Below, piece by piece: positions 13,049-25,262 of a stretch of 64,000 nucleotides of DNA. Every line of letters starts with the position of its first letter. The stretch's first letter is position 1. The notes under the pieces are model-generated. The model saw only the letters and a list, made by a program, of their open reading frames with translations, did not search any database and had not been told where the DNA came from. The stretch lies in assembly GCF_963921235.1 (NCBI RefSeq), contig NC_086108.1:58778001-58842000 (forward strand), given 5' to 3'. The translations under genes were made by a program, and so were the position numbers. The DNA is from Mobula hypostoma. Taxonomy: Eukaryota.

Positions 13049-13482
13049 GGGCCGGCTAGTGGCGCAATGATATCGGTGCCGGACCTGGGAGCAGAGGTTC
13101 CCTGGTTCGAAACTAGTCGGGTCCGCCCCTGAGTACGCTTTCCATTCGTGCCGGGTTGAGTGCCCAGAACACAACACGACCTCGTAAAACAAAGGGAAAA
13201 TACTGCGAAAATGTCTGTGTGCCACAGTCATTTGGCTGGTAGGTTGTTCCAAGCACTGAAAGTTTGCTACAGTTCTTCTGCAGACTTTGGCTGTCTCACT
13301 TGCTTCTGTCTCTCCAGGTAATCCCAAGCAGCCTTGATGATGTTGAGATCAGGGCTCTGTAGAGGCCATGCCATCTGATGCAGATCTGCACTACAGTCTC
13401 TCTCTCTCCGCACCTTGTAAGAGCCATGAAAAAGACATCACGGACACACACACCGACATGCGGATGCACATGCACAGACGCC
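13049..13482 (+). mobile_element. tRNA-derived SINE interrupted by a 153-bp templated insertion
   Basis: GGGCCGGCTAGTGGCGCAATG A-box-like head, GGTTCGAAACT B-box; body continues after 13384. Confidence 0.7.
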
Positions 13483-14181
13483 CATTTCTTTGTGTCATCT
13501 TCAGAAGAGCTCACACAGCACATATTGAAATTCCTGTCTGCCCAAAATTTCTGTTTGGGAGAGACATTACTGACGCAGGACAACCTCATTGTGTCTTGTT
13601 GCTATGTTCACTCTTGCCATGATGCAAGTATCCATGATTTGACCATTAAACTGTCACATCTGCCACAGTCTCACCTTTTAGTTTGGTTGTCTTCACCCAG
13701 ATTGATTCCTTTTACACCTGTTTCAGTTTCATTCATCAACTCATTATCTCACTGATCATTAGCACATTTGTTATCTTTGTTTAAAGATGCACAGGGCTAT
13801 ATATGTACCTAGAAAGTAATCAAGTTTTCTTTGAAAAGTGGTCTATTATTCAATATAGTACTTTCTTTAGTAAAATACAAAGATTTCTGTTATGTTTAAA
13901 TTTTTGGAAAATGAATGTTGAGAAATCCAAAATTTGCTCTTTTCTGATACTAATGCAGAGACAAAAATGAAAATCTAAAACAAAATTTATATTCAAAAGT
14001 TAGGGTGCTCAAGACATTTGCACAGAACTGTACCAAACAATGTTAAGAGCTTTATAGAAAGTGTTGTGGAGCTACTTTGTAATATTCTTTGGGAAAGAAA
14101 GATTTAAATTTCAGGTTACAATGGGTAGTGCAGGGTAAACTATTAAGAATTATTTAACCTCAAGGACAACCACAAATAGTA

Positions 14182-14726
14182 TGTAACCACCAGGTTCGGC
14201 AGGCTGCATTAGTCTACGCGAAGACAGTCGCCACCCCCGCCAAACTGGTGAAATCTCATTGCTTGGGTGCTGCATGTTACAAATCAGTACCACAAAATAA
14301 CAAACAGTACACCATATGCAAGGAAACGATTGAGCTTTATAATTCTTAATTTGACTATAGGGTTAGTAAAGAAAACAAAAGAGAAAAAAGGGCCCATTTG
14401 AAGGAAACAGTCTAATGCACATATTGGAGCTCACAACTATTTCACCTGTTCTTCATTGATTTCCACTGGGTGTTGTCAACTCTGGCCCCATTCCAAGTCC
14501 ACTCTGACCTGTAGTCTACGACCTTTCCGTTCTGACAACTCCTCTCTCCATCTTCTGCCGAACAAAAGCCCGCAAATCCCTCGCTCTCGGGCACACAAGA
14601 AAGAAAAACCTCCCCTCATTAGATGCTGCACATTCTAAAGTCCTCATTATCTCCAGTCATTACCTAAACACAACTGCTACAGAAAAACCACTACATTAGC
14701 AGTGAAACCTTTCCCAGGGCATTACA
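14182..14726. mobile_element. Solo LTR (Gypsy-like, 4-bp TSD)
   Basis: TGTAA...TTACA termini; TSD AGTA at 14178-14181 and 14727-14730. Confidence 0.85.
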
Positions 14727-14844
14727 AGTATATGACAACTTATCTTCCAAGTATTAAGATAATAGTTTTATTTGACATGCCAAATGAGAGGCAATTGGAT
14801 CAATTTCAATATAAAGTTCTTGAGCTGGAAAACAGACTACTCAC

Positions 14845-14976
14845 ATCTAGTTTGTACTTGGAGAGATCTCCATCCTCATCATCTTCATCATCATCTTTTT
14901 CACTTTCAATTTCTTCTTGAAGTATAGTTTTGGGTCCAACTGGCTTTCCACGAAATTTCTTCTTTTTCCTTCCAAA
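14845..14976 (-). CDS. ZRANB2: ZRANB2 coding exon 6 (FGRKKKKFRGKPVGPKTILQEE...DLSKYKLD)
   Basis: TTAG acceptor, GTGAG donor, 132 nt; basic stretch plus acidic region ending DLSKYKLD as in ZRANB2. Confidence 0.95.
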
Positions 14977-15499
14977 CTAATATTGAAAAATCAATGCAAG
15001 AATTAATGTATAACTTTTGCAAATACCAACTTGGATACTCCAATACTTACAAAAAGATTCAGTAAAATTGTTGAGTGAATCTCTGTAGTCTAAAGTAAAT
15101 GAAAATTAAATGAGAAGTAAATGAAAAGTAAATGAATCTCTGTAGTCTAAAGTAAATAAAGTCAAAAGATTTATTTCAAAATAGACTTAATTTTGATACT
15201 AAAATGCCAATGTACATAATATCCTATTTAATCTTTGGAAATTAAATTCAACTATCTCAAGGCAGTAGAGAGAGGACAGTCTGTGATATTTTAGAATTTA
15301 TGTGGAGTAGGGGCTTGTTCAGGAGAGCAAGGGATTAGTGAAGTTTTGGTGTGGAAATGAACTTTACTTGTAGAACAAAATGGTGTTAATGGAACCTGTA
15401 TAGTATCAGAGTGTATTACTTTGGACATTGTCTGGCCGGGGTCGGGGGAGGGGGGCGTGGTTTGAAAATGACCTAACAGGAGTCACAGTGGTCAGGTCT

Positions 15500-16948
15500 C
15501 CAGCACAGAGTTTGCCTCTGAGACTCAAAAGGCAAGGGGGCAGAAGAGCGAGACAATGCTGTGGTAATAGGGGATTCATCAGTTAGAGGACTGGACAAAA
15601 TGACAATGTCACAATAGGCACAAGGAACTTCAATATGCAGGTAGATTAAGAAAAACATTAGGTTGGTGCTGGATTACAGGAGTGGGTAATTTCTAGAGTG
15701 CCTACGAGATGTCTTTTTAGAGCAATTCTTTGAAGGAATAACAAACAGGAAAGACAGAGGAGAATCGGTTGATGTTGTGTACTTGGATTTTCAGAAGGCC
15801 TCTGACAAGGTCTCACACGTGAGGCTACTTCACAAGCTATGAGCCCATGGTATTACAGGAAAGATTGTAGCACGTATAAAGTAGTGGTTGATTGGAAGGA
15901 GGCAAACAGTGGGAATAAAGTGAGTCTTTTCTGGTTGGCTGCCGTTGACTAGTGGCATTCCAAAGGGGAATGTTGGGACCGCTTCATTTTACAGTATATG
16001 TCAATGATTTGGATGATAGAACTGATGGTTTTGTTGCAAAGTTTGCAGACGGTATGAAGCTAGGAGGTGGGGCAGGTAGTTTTGAGGAAGTAGAGAAGCT
16101 ACAGAGGACTTAGATTAGGAGAACTGGCAAAGAAATGGCAGATGGAATAGTGTAAGGAAGTGTATGGTCATGCACTTAGGTAGAAATAATGAAAAGGTTA
16201 ACTACTTTCTAAAGAGAAAAAGCACAAAAAAAAAAGAGGTGCAAAGGGACTTGGGAGTCCTTGTGCTGGATTCCCTAAAGGTTAATTTGCAGTCTGACTC
16301 TATGGTGAGGAAGGCAAATGAGATGTTAGCATTTGTTTCAAGAGGACTAGAATACAAAAGTAAGGATGTGATGTTAAGACTTTATAAAGCACTGGTGAAG
16401 CCTTACTTGGAGTATTGAGTAGTTATATTGGGCCCCTTATCTTAGAAAGGATGTGGTGAAACTGGAGAGAGTTCAAAGGAGGTTCACAAAATGATTCCAG
16501 AATTGAATGGCTTGTCATATGAAGAGCATTTAACTGCTTTAGGCCCGTATTCACTGGAATTCAGAAGAATGAGGGGTGCCCTCATTGAAACCTATTGAAT
16601 GGTGAAGGGCTTTGGAGACCAAGTTTCCTGTGGTGGAAGAGTCTAAGGGAAGAAGACACAGCCTCAGAATAGAGGGGCGTCCTTTTAGAATGGAGCTGAG
16701 GAGGAACTTCTTTAGCCAGAGAGTGGTGAATCTGTGGAATTCTTTACCATTCTTGGCCTATGGAGGCAAAATCTTGTGTATATTTAAGGCAGAAGTTGGT
16801 AGATACTTGATTATCAGGGCATGAAGGGTTATGGGAAGAAGGCAGGATACTGGGGCCAGAGGAATATTGGATCAGCCATGATGAAATGGCAGAGCAGACT
16901 TGATGGGCCAAATAGCCTAATTCTGCACCTAAATCTTATGGTCTTATG
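15500..16948 (+). mobile_element. Decayed, internally deleted CR1 LINE
   Basis: Pieces of ORF1 (VVIGDS) and RT (VYLDFQKA), LYKALVKPYLEY, RRNFFSQRVVNLWN; (CTTATGGT)-type tail ~16940. Confidence 0.85.
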
Positions 16949-19141
16949 CGATAAGATATAGAAAGACAAACAGATGCGTTAGTGGAAGAATGCCAAGTAC
17001 ACTGATTAAGCTAACAAAATGCACCCCGCCTTTGAACTGATAGGCAGTAGCGAACACTTGTGTATAAACAAGTGACTATGCGGTCTGGTTTTTCTAAGCT
17101 ATCATCTGCTCTTGTGTAGAGCTAGTTTTCACTTGCTACAAGTAAAATAACCCACTTATGATTGATCCACTGAGTTACTTGTTATGGGATGTAGTGAAAA
17201 AGTGGTCATCAGAACTTGAAGTTGGGAGCAGATCGAGGGGGATTCTGGTGACCACCTGATCCCAGGGAAATACCGGCACAGGAGGGATCACCAAAAAATA
17301 ACTTGGCTTTTTGCCGAGTGGTCTTTCCAGGCAAGTAGAAAATACCGAGTCCTGACCCGCTTGCGTTTTAAACACTGATCAACGCTGCTGTCTATTGAGT
17401 GGATCAATTTTTCTGTGATTCCACTGCTTTTCGGCATAGTGACCAGAAACATATGGGTATCAATGATTAGATTTAATATGCAAGAGTGTCAGTGACACAC
17501 TGGTAAAATAAGTAAGAGTGGGATTTGTGGAAACTGGTAAATTTAATCCCTACAGGATGCTGTAGGGAACAAAAGAAAGAAAATATGGTAAGCAGGGTGA
17601 GAAAGACTAGAAATTGGACAGGGATTCCACCTGTCCAATAAGGGGACACCAGCATGGTACATGTTTAATTATGGGAAGGGAATGGTGGAAGAATTGGATG
17701 GCAGACGATTTATGGGCCATGGTAGAACAGCCAGATCCAGAGACAGGTTTGGGAAAAGCTATTCAGAAACTTCTGGGCTTTCAAGAACAACCTAACAATC
17801 CCAGGCCAGGACCTGCCACCATGCCAAATGAAGATTTTTATAAAAATATGTACAATGCATTACATGCTGCCTTTCCTAAAAAGGCTAATTGGTCTAAGAT
17901 TATGGCAACATAACAAGGTAGAGGTGTCTCTGTAGAAGAATATGTTATAGAAGATAGTACAGAAAATGGAATAATATTCAAGACAACCAAAAGTGCAGTT
18001 ATGGTCCTACAATTACTATTATTGCAAACAGACTTTGGCCAGAATTGCATTTTGTCCTTCAGAGGACAGCCTATTAATGTCCCAAGATCAGACCCAGAAA
18101 AAGTTAGCATAGGAGACCAGATCCTGTGCTTGTAAACTTAAGTGGAAGAAATTTATTGTGTAAAATGCCAGCTACTATTACCTGCACTCCTGAACGACAA
18201 TGTGTGTATATGTGAGAGCCATTATGGACTATACTATTTCAGTAGTAGTCAACTCATTTTGTCTAAGTGGCATTTACTCACTATATCCAGTTACCAAGGA
18301 GTATGGAACATTTTTATGAGTGTGCCTTGAAAGCCTCCGGAGATTCCTCTAGGTTCTATTTAGACCCAACTCAGTAAGTGGCACATTTATCTTCATTGTA
18401 CTGTTTATTATGACTCGGCCAGAAATGACCATTTAACGCAGCAGAAATTGAACCCTTATATTGGTAAGGAAATTGTTCTCTTCACTTCTGAAATATACGT
18501 GGGCGATTCTGGTATTGTGGCAGAAGTGCGATTCCCCCATGAGGTTCAGTGGAAGTTAAAAGATCAGGGAAACAGGGAATCTTTCCTAATTCTAGCATTT
18601 TTCGGATGCAAGGTAGCAACAGACCTTAGAGCAATGGTTAAGGGTCTGTGAGGACTGCCATGACACAAGACCCTGAAAACGTATGTGAAGATTGGAAAGG
18701 GACAAGAGCTTTCTTTTATTGCTCCTTAATACATTAGGACTAGAGGCATCCTTTGAATAGGAAGTTGCAGGAGAGTTGTTGTTCAGTGCTGATCTGGACT
18801 TTACTCTCCAAAGACCCATTGCAACTTTCGGCTTTCCAGCCAAATGAAATGGACAAGATGCTCACAGTCGAGCTGCATACAGTGAAAATCAACCCAAATA
18901 CTTCACTGCCCTGCAAGGTACAGTACCTTCTTTCCCTGGAGGCTGAAGTGGCTATTGATAAAATCGTACAAATCAAACATGGCATGCCCTGGGTTTATCA
19001 CAAGCTGTACATCACGTTTATGAACAACGTATGATATATATTTTACAAAATCCAGGGAAACTAATGAAGCTGGGAAGATCTTAAAATACTATCCTCTTTG
19101 GACCATTCTTGCAATTATAGTTTTTTTAAAAAATGGAATTA

Positions 19142-20128
19142 CACTGGACAACAAAGGTTTTGCTTCCTAAATATCTTCAGGTGTATCTTATGAATTTTGG
19201 GCTACTGACCATGAAAATCACCATGAAATTTCCCTATCATGCACCATTTTTAAAATAAACTTATGTTTATTATTTCAATTCATAATTCAAGTCAATTAAA
19301 ATGTTGCCTACAATGTAAGCTGGCAAGTTTCCTATCTTGTCCAGGCATGCTTGGGCATGCTTAGGTGGTGTGGCTGCTGCATGGCAGGACAGGTTTTAGT
19401 AATAATTATTGGGTTCAGGACTGCAAGGATGGAATTTGCTATCACCAGCCACACCAATTTCTATGAAGGATTTTGATATTTGAGACAGATGCTTCCCAGA
19501 ATAACTGATGCCAAGATTAAGGAAAGCATTTTTGTTGATCCACAATCAAACAGGTCATCAATGACAGGCAATTTGAAGAATTTCTAGTGGGACCGGAGAA
19601 AATCACATGGAAGGCATTCAAGGAAGTTGAAATTTTTCTCGGCATCTACAGAGCACCAAACTACATGCAGCTGGTTGAAAGCATGCTTCAAGCATATAAA
19701 ACCATGAAATACAACATGTCACCAAAGATTCACTTTCTGCATTCCCATCTAGACTTCCCTGCAAATCTTGGTGCTGTTAGTGACGAGCATGGTGAAAGGT
19801 TTCACCATTGCGGTCATGGAGAAAAGATACCAGGGCAACTGGAATCCATCAATGCTGGCGAATTACTGTTGGACACTTAAGTGAGAAGCCTCAGACACTG
19901 AGTACAAATGAAAATCATTAACAAAATATTTTTAACTTAGTTGAACAGCATCAGCAGCATTATGTAATTAAACACATTATATTCAATAAAAGTTAATTTG
20001 TTGTTTCTCCAAATTCCAACGTAATACAAGTAGTCTGAAATTATATTTGTGTTCATCTTCAAGCAGTCTATCATAAACAAGAAAAATTCTGAGGAAGCAA
20101 CACTTTTGAAAAAATTTGTTGTCCAGTG
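19142..20128 (+). mobile_element. Chapaev3-type DNA transposon, internally deleted
   Basis: TIR CACTGGACAACAAA / TTTGTTGTCCAGTG; 3-bp TSD TTA at 19139-19141 and 20129-20131; transposase C-terminus MSPKIHFLHSHLDFPANLGAVSDEHGERFH. Confidence 0.85.
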
Positions 20129-20281
20129 TTATCTCCACCTGACAGATATCAGTATGTATTAGTCAACACTGATGCATTTTCATGATGGATTGAAGCATTT
20201 CCTTTTAGAAAGAATGTTGCAGTTACAATAGCTAAATATTTTTTAAAAGAAATCATCCCGAGGTTTGGGATCCCTGGGAAA

Positions 20282-22620
20282 GAAAACAAATAGGAGCAGG
20301 TGTAGGCCATTTGGCCCGTCAAGCCTGCTCTGCCATTCAATGAGATCATGGCTGATTTGACTATGGACTCATCTCCTCCTACCTGCCTTTTCCTCATAAT
20401 CCTTAATCCCCCTACTATACAAAAAATCTATCCAACCTGGTCTTAAATATATTGACTGAGGTAGCTACTACTGCTTCATTGGGCAGAGAATTCCATGGAT
20501 TCACCATTCTGGGAAAAGCAGCTCCTCCTCACCTCCATCCTAAACTTACTCCCCCAAATCTTGAGGATATGCCCCCTAGTCCCTAGTTCTAGTCTCACCT
20601 TCTGGTGGAATCAACTATCTTGCCTCTATCTATTCCTTAATCTCTCTTCACAGTCTAACCCCCTCAGCTCTGGAATCAAACTGGAATCTTATGCACCACC
20701 CCCAAAGCCAGCATATCCTTCCTCAAGTAAGGAGAACAGAAGCTCCAAGCGACCTCACCAGTACCATATACAGTTGCAGCCTAGCCTCCCTGCTCTTAAT
20801 TTCAATCCCTCTAACAATGAAGTTCCATTCACCTTCTTGATAGCCTGATGCACCTGTAAACCAACCTTTTGTGTTTCATGCACAAGCACTCTCAAGTCCT
20901 TCTGCACAGCAGCATGCTGCAATCTTTTACTATTTAAATAATAATCTGATCTTCCATTTTCCCTTCCAAAGCGGATGACCTTGCATTTACCAACATTGTA
21001 CTCCATCTGCCAGACCCCTGCCCATTCACTTAACTTACCCATACAGGTTTCCCCCGCTATCCGAAGGTAGAGCATTCCTATGAAACAGTTCATAAGCCGG
21101 AATGTCGTAAAGTGAATAAGCAATTACCATTTATTAATATGGGAAAAATTTTTGAGCGTTCCCAGACCCAAAAAATGACTTATAAAATCATGCCAAATAA
21201 CACACAAAACCTAAAATAACAGTAACATATAGTAAAAGCAGGAATGATAAGATAAATACACAGCCTATATAAAGTAGAAATACTTTTCTGCAGCACTGTC
21301 TAGCGTACTGAAAATCGTGCTGAAGCGCTCTCAGCAGAAACACTCGCTCCAGTAACCTTTAAGCTATGGAGCTGCCAAATCATACCAAATAACACATAAA
21401 AATACACAGCCTATATAAAGTACAAATAATGTATGTACAGTGTAGTGTCACTTACCGGAATCGGGAAGACTCCAATAAATTGCAGTTTCATCACGGATAA
21501 ACACTTGCTTATACGAATAACCACCTGACGAAATCGGTAATCACCTCTGATCTGGGCTGACATTTACGTGCCAGGCAGCACCTAATTAATTAGCTTGTTT
21601 ATTTCAGCTTTTTTCTTAACAATGTGCTGGGTGCATTCTGACTACTGCTGCACCACTGCATTCTTCGCAGCAATGTACCGGTTCATGGCCCGGAGGCTGG
21701 GGACCGCTGCTTAAACTATGAAGCTGCCCTCGCCTCAGAAACTGATCAAACCACCCATGACTACCTTTAAATTCCACTTTCGCAACACTTTCATCACCAT
21801 CGTCCAGTGCTTTCTGTTTCAGCTTATTAAAAAGACTGACTGATTTCTCCTTAAGTATAAGAAAACTTAACGGAACACCACGCTTTGTACACCCATCAAT
21901 CCACTCAAGCAACAGACTTTCCATTTTATCCATTATTGGATACCGACTAAGAAAGACCACTTTGCTACGAGCAGAACCAACAGTAACATCGGCAGCTTTC
22001 AAAATTCTTTCTCTCTGCGTATAAATAGTGCGGATGGTGGATGCAGGCAAGTTCAACGCGCGGACAATGTCCTTACTTCGTTCACCACAATCGAAACGCT
22101 TAATTATGTCTAGTTTTACGCTAAGTGTAACACCCTTACGAGCTCTTTTAGGCTTTTCCGATACCTTAGAACTCATCTTGCTAACGGATGCACAAAATAA
22201 ATCGAGATAAAGCACGTGTTTAAGCAATGCCGGTTAGAATGCAGTTCCGGGGAGGAGCTTGGCTGTTCGGGCGTGCGCTGCCTTTTTTTTGTAACAGTGA
22301 AAACACCTCCTGTTAGCGTAAACAGGTAACTAATGTAGGTCTTTTGAAAATGAGGTGTCGTAAAGCGAACGTTCGGAAAACGGGGGCCACCTGTATCTCT
22401 CTGCAGACTCTCCATATCCTCTGCACAATTTGCTCTTCCAATTCAGCGTAATCAGAAAACTTAGATACACTACACTCGGTCCCCTTTTCCAGATCATTAA
22501 TGCATATCATGAACAGTTGCAGGTCGAGCACTGACCCCTGCAGCACACCACTCATCACTGTTTGCCAACCAGAGAAACACCTGTGTGTCCCAACTCTGTT
22601 TTCTATTGGTTAACCAACAG
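20282..22620 (-). mobile_element. CR1 3' fragment inserted in ERV integrase and split by a Tigger
   Basis: SGVLQGSVL..INDL..SKF at 22394-22560 continues as EWA..WQMEYNVGKC at ~21040; 3' UTR near 20290. Confidence 0.85.
21044..22393 (-). mobile_element. Tigger/pogo DNA transposon, DDE domain deleted
   Basis: Imperfect TIRs CAGGTTTCCCCCGC.. / ..CGGGGGCCACCTG, TA TSD on both sides; ORF 21616-22227 encodes psq and CENP-B type HTH domains (KLDIIKR, LLLEWI, FKGSHGWF). Confidence 0.9.
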
Positions 22621-23930
22621 AAACTGCCTAGTGTCAGCAGTACCCAGTTTACTGGAAAGGTAATAAAAGTACGCAAGGCCTTGCAAACTGATCAACATTT
22701 CCATTGCAGTTACCATCCTCAGTTGACGGATTTAGCAGAAAGGATGAAAGGAATGATTAAAAACAAGCTTAGTAAAATGTGAGGGGAAACTGGATTAAGA
22801 TAGAAACAAGTATCACCTTTGGTCTTTATGACCATTAGGGCTGCAGGCAATAGAACTACTGGATCGTCTCTCTCCACCTCCCCAACAAAATCATAATGGG
22901 TTGGCCATTGTACTTGTCATTTGATGCACCATAAAGAGTTAAGCAAATGGACATGCATAATTTGGATGATAGCATGTTGACTAACTGTGTATCCTTGACA
23001 GAAGGTATCATCAATAGGTGAAAGTAGTACAACAACTAACGGGCAACACCAAGTGTTACAACATAGAGCCTAGAGATTACGTGGTTGTCCTGACATTTCA
23101 GAGTAAGAACTATTTGAGAGAAAGCTTCAAGGATATATGCGTCACACTGTAAAAACAAGCTATCAAGCCAACAAAATGTAGGTCACCTCAACACCACACC
23201 AATTCTCTTGCTCGTAGTGGTGATGCTGGAATTTCCATGGTGAAAGAAGAATCCTACAAATAGGGTTTGTGTACATGTACAGGAATAATTCAGGTATGAG
23301 TGGAGCTGAACTGAAAACGCCAAACAGTTACAGGACAGACATTGATTGCCATTACAGGTGCTTTAATGCTTCCCCCCCACCCCAAGCCCCAAGCATGACT
23401 GGTGCAAAGTACAAGAACTGGAGTCACCACATGACTGTCCGGAGCAGTGGTCAAGGACGTTGATCAGATAACATGTCACAGCAACTGGAAGGGCAAGGGC
23501 CCCTATCTGGGGAGCAGTAAAGGTACATGTATGGAACTGACAAATCTCAGTCCTCCCCGTCTGCTGAATGGCACTTACTGGATATGTGGTTACCAGACCT
23601 ACTCCTGGCTGCCGGGCATGTTCCTACAGTATGAGGGGAAGTGGAGAGAGCAGTGGTCCTGGAAAGACTACTGTCATCTTGCCTACACAATGCCCCACAT
23701 GCAACACCTGGCATCTCTACCTCACCACCCTTTGGTCCAGCAGCACCAGAAGTCCATAACAAAGGCAGAGAGATTCTGGATGATTGCCTTTCTGGAATAT
23801 GGGAATGCGAGATTGTTCTGGGAACTGTTTAATATGGCGTCGTTTTGGGAGAAAATAGTGAATGAAACTGCATATCTCTTTGACCAAACCTACATCCATG
23901 AATCTATGTTTAGGCTGCAATGTGTCTCAC

Positions 23931-24007
23931 CTCATCATATTCATCATCAGATTCTTCACGCTCAATATATTCTACATTTTCTCTTTCATTAAATCCACCT
24001 CCATATC
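23931..24007 (-). CDS. ZRANB2: ZRANB2 coding exon 5 (GYGGGFNERENVEYIEREESDDEYDE)
   Basis: TAG acceptor, GTGAG donor, 77 nt, in phase. Confidence 0.97.
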
Positions 24008-24855
24008 CTATAGGAAAAGAGGTATGAAAGCAGTTAAATATTATAATCAAAAATAACGAACAGGATTATATTCAGCTTCCCTCTTATGTGTATTATACAC
24101 ATTCTCCGTCTAATTTCTAACAAGGTCAAACATTTAAACAATTGCAGATTATCCAGTTACGAATTAATAAACTCCAAATGCAAGATTGTGACAAATACAG
24201 AGCGAGCTAAAAGGTTAAAATTGTTGCAAAGCTCTTCTCCATTTAGTTTTCAAATTACATTTACGACAAAACTATTGACAATCCAATTACAAGATCAGTG
24301 AACTCATCAAGTAAACAACTACACGTTGTCAAACATGATACGTGACTCCAGATTTTCAGGAGCAAGAATAACAATATGCAAGTTAACTACTTCAGAGAAC
24401 TGTGATATGTAATATTCTAATAGCTGCATGAGAACATGCAATAAAAATTAAGCCTTACTTCACCAGAAAATGTCTACACCATTTTCATTGCAAAAATCAT
24501 GTGAGGCTCCCCCTAAAGAAGCATATATTAGGAGAAATGATGTGGATGTTAAATACTGATACAAAAATTCAGAGAGGAGCATCATTCAATAGGACACTGC
24601 TGATTGATATGCATGCAAAAGAAAAATTATCACATTTTCAAATGGCACACAGAATGCCTTCTAAAAACTTGAATTTCAGGTTAAATCCAATTACAATCTG
24701 AGCAAATAAAAAAAAAGGCTACAGCCAAACAAAAGTTCATGATATCAATCTAGCCCATCTTTTTAAAAAATTAATCCACTTATAGTTTTGAAAATGGTTT
24801 CAGAAAGAATTCCATGAAATGCTTTCAAAAGGGGAATTTACACAACCAATCTTAC

Positions 24856-24938
24856 CAGTCCTTTCTTCTAACTTGGCATACTTGGGAGTGTTGCACATGT
24901 TACACTCTGATCTTCTTGCCCAATTCACATTTCCACAG
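24856..24938 (-). CDS. ZRANB2: ZRANB2 coding exon 4 (CGNVNWARRSECNMCNTPKYAKLEERT; zinc finger 2)
   Basis: TAG acceptor, GTAAG donor, 83 nt, in phase. Confidence 0.97.
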
Positions 24939-25262
24939 CTAAAAACAAAATTATCTAATGAGTTATGTCAAAAACACAGCAGTATAGATAAGACACTTAT
25001 TTCAGTTGTAAAAATATTAATGTTAATAAAGAAAGCTCTTACTGAATCAGTTTGAATTTTGTTACACGTCTTGTGCAGCAAAATCAGTTGTTTATAAAGC
25101 CCTATAAATTTCTTGCCCACTTCATAAAATGCCATAAACTTTCAGCATATTTATATGCAAAAAGAATTACAGGAGTCTTGTTTAATAATTTAATAATTAT
25201 GCTTTTGATACAAAAAACTACACTATTTCAAAAGGGGTGCATTACACTGCATTAAACCTCAC

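Larger units (their letters stand above)
11520..14030 (-). mobile_element. Decayed Tc1 DNA transposon with nested insertions
   Basis: Transposase fragments QWQQVLWTNESK, PTVKHG..QIWGC, QQDNDHKHT, WPLQSPDLNII; right terminus ...GCACAGAACTG|TA; left terminus degraded, so that boundary is approximate. Confidence 0.85.
16950..23890 (+). mobile_element. Decayed endogenous retrovirus (gag, partial pol, env), antisense to ZRANB2 in intron 5
   Basis: gag-like AAFPKKANWSKI (17614-17913); RT N-terminus VKINPNTSLPCKVQYLLSLEAEVAI (~18880-18970); integrase YVLV..DAFS*WIEAFP..KEIIPRFGIP (20145-20280) and FTGKV..KALQ..HFHCSYHPQ..ER..G.IKNKL (22630-22780); env NGTYWICG...SWLPG and fusion-peptide-like AERFWMIAF (23560-23880). 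No 3' LTR seen; 5' boundary approximate. Confidence 0.85.

Noticed and set aside
17245..17265. tRNA-Trp primer-binding site TGGTGACC.. for the ERV
   Set aside because: Only about 8 nt match and no clear LTR end (CA) beside it; cannot be supported.
21616..22227. 203-aa ORF as a domesticated TIGD/CENP-B-like gene
   Set aside because: Lies within TIRs with TA TSD, nested in a CR1, and lacks the DDE domain; an ordinary transposon deletion derivative.
23447..23992. 181-aa ORF as an intact (domesticated) env gene
   Set aside because: Only a mid-env fragment: no signal peptide or TM anchor, furin site not intact, and the last ~30 codons are intron plus the antisense of ZRANB2 exon 5.
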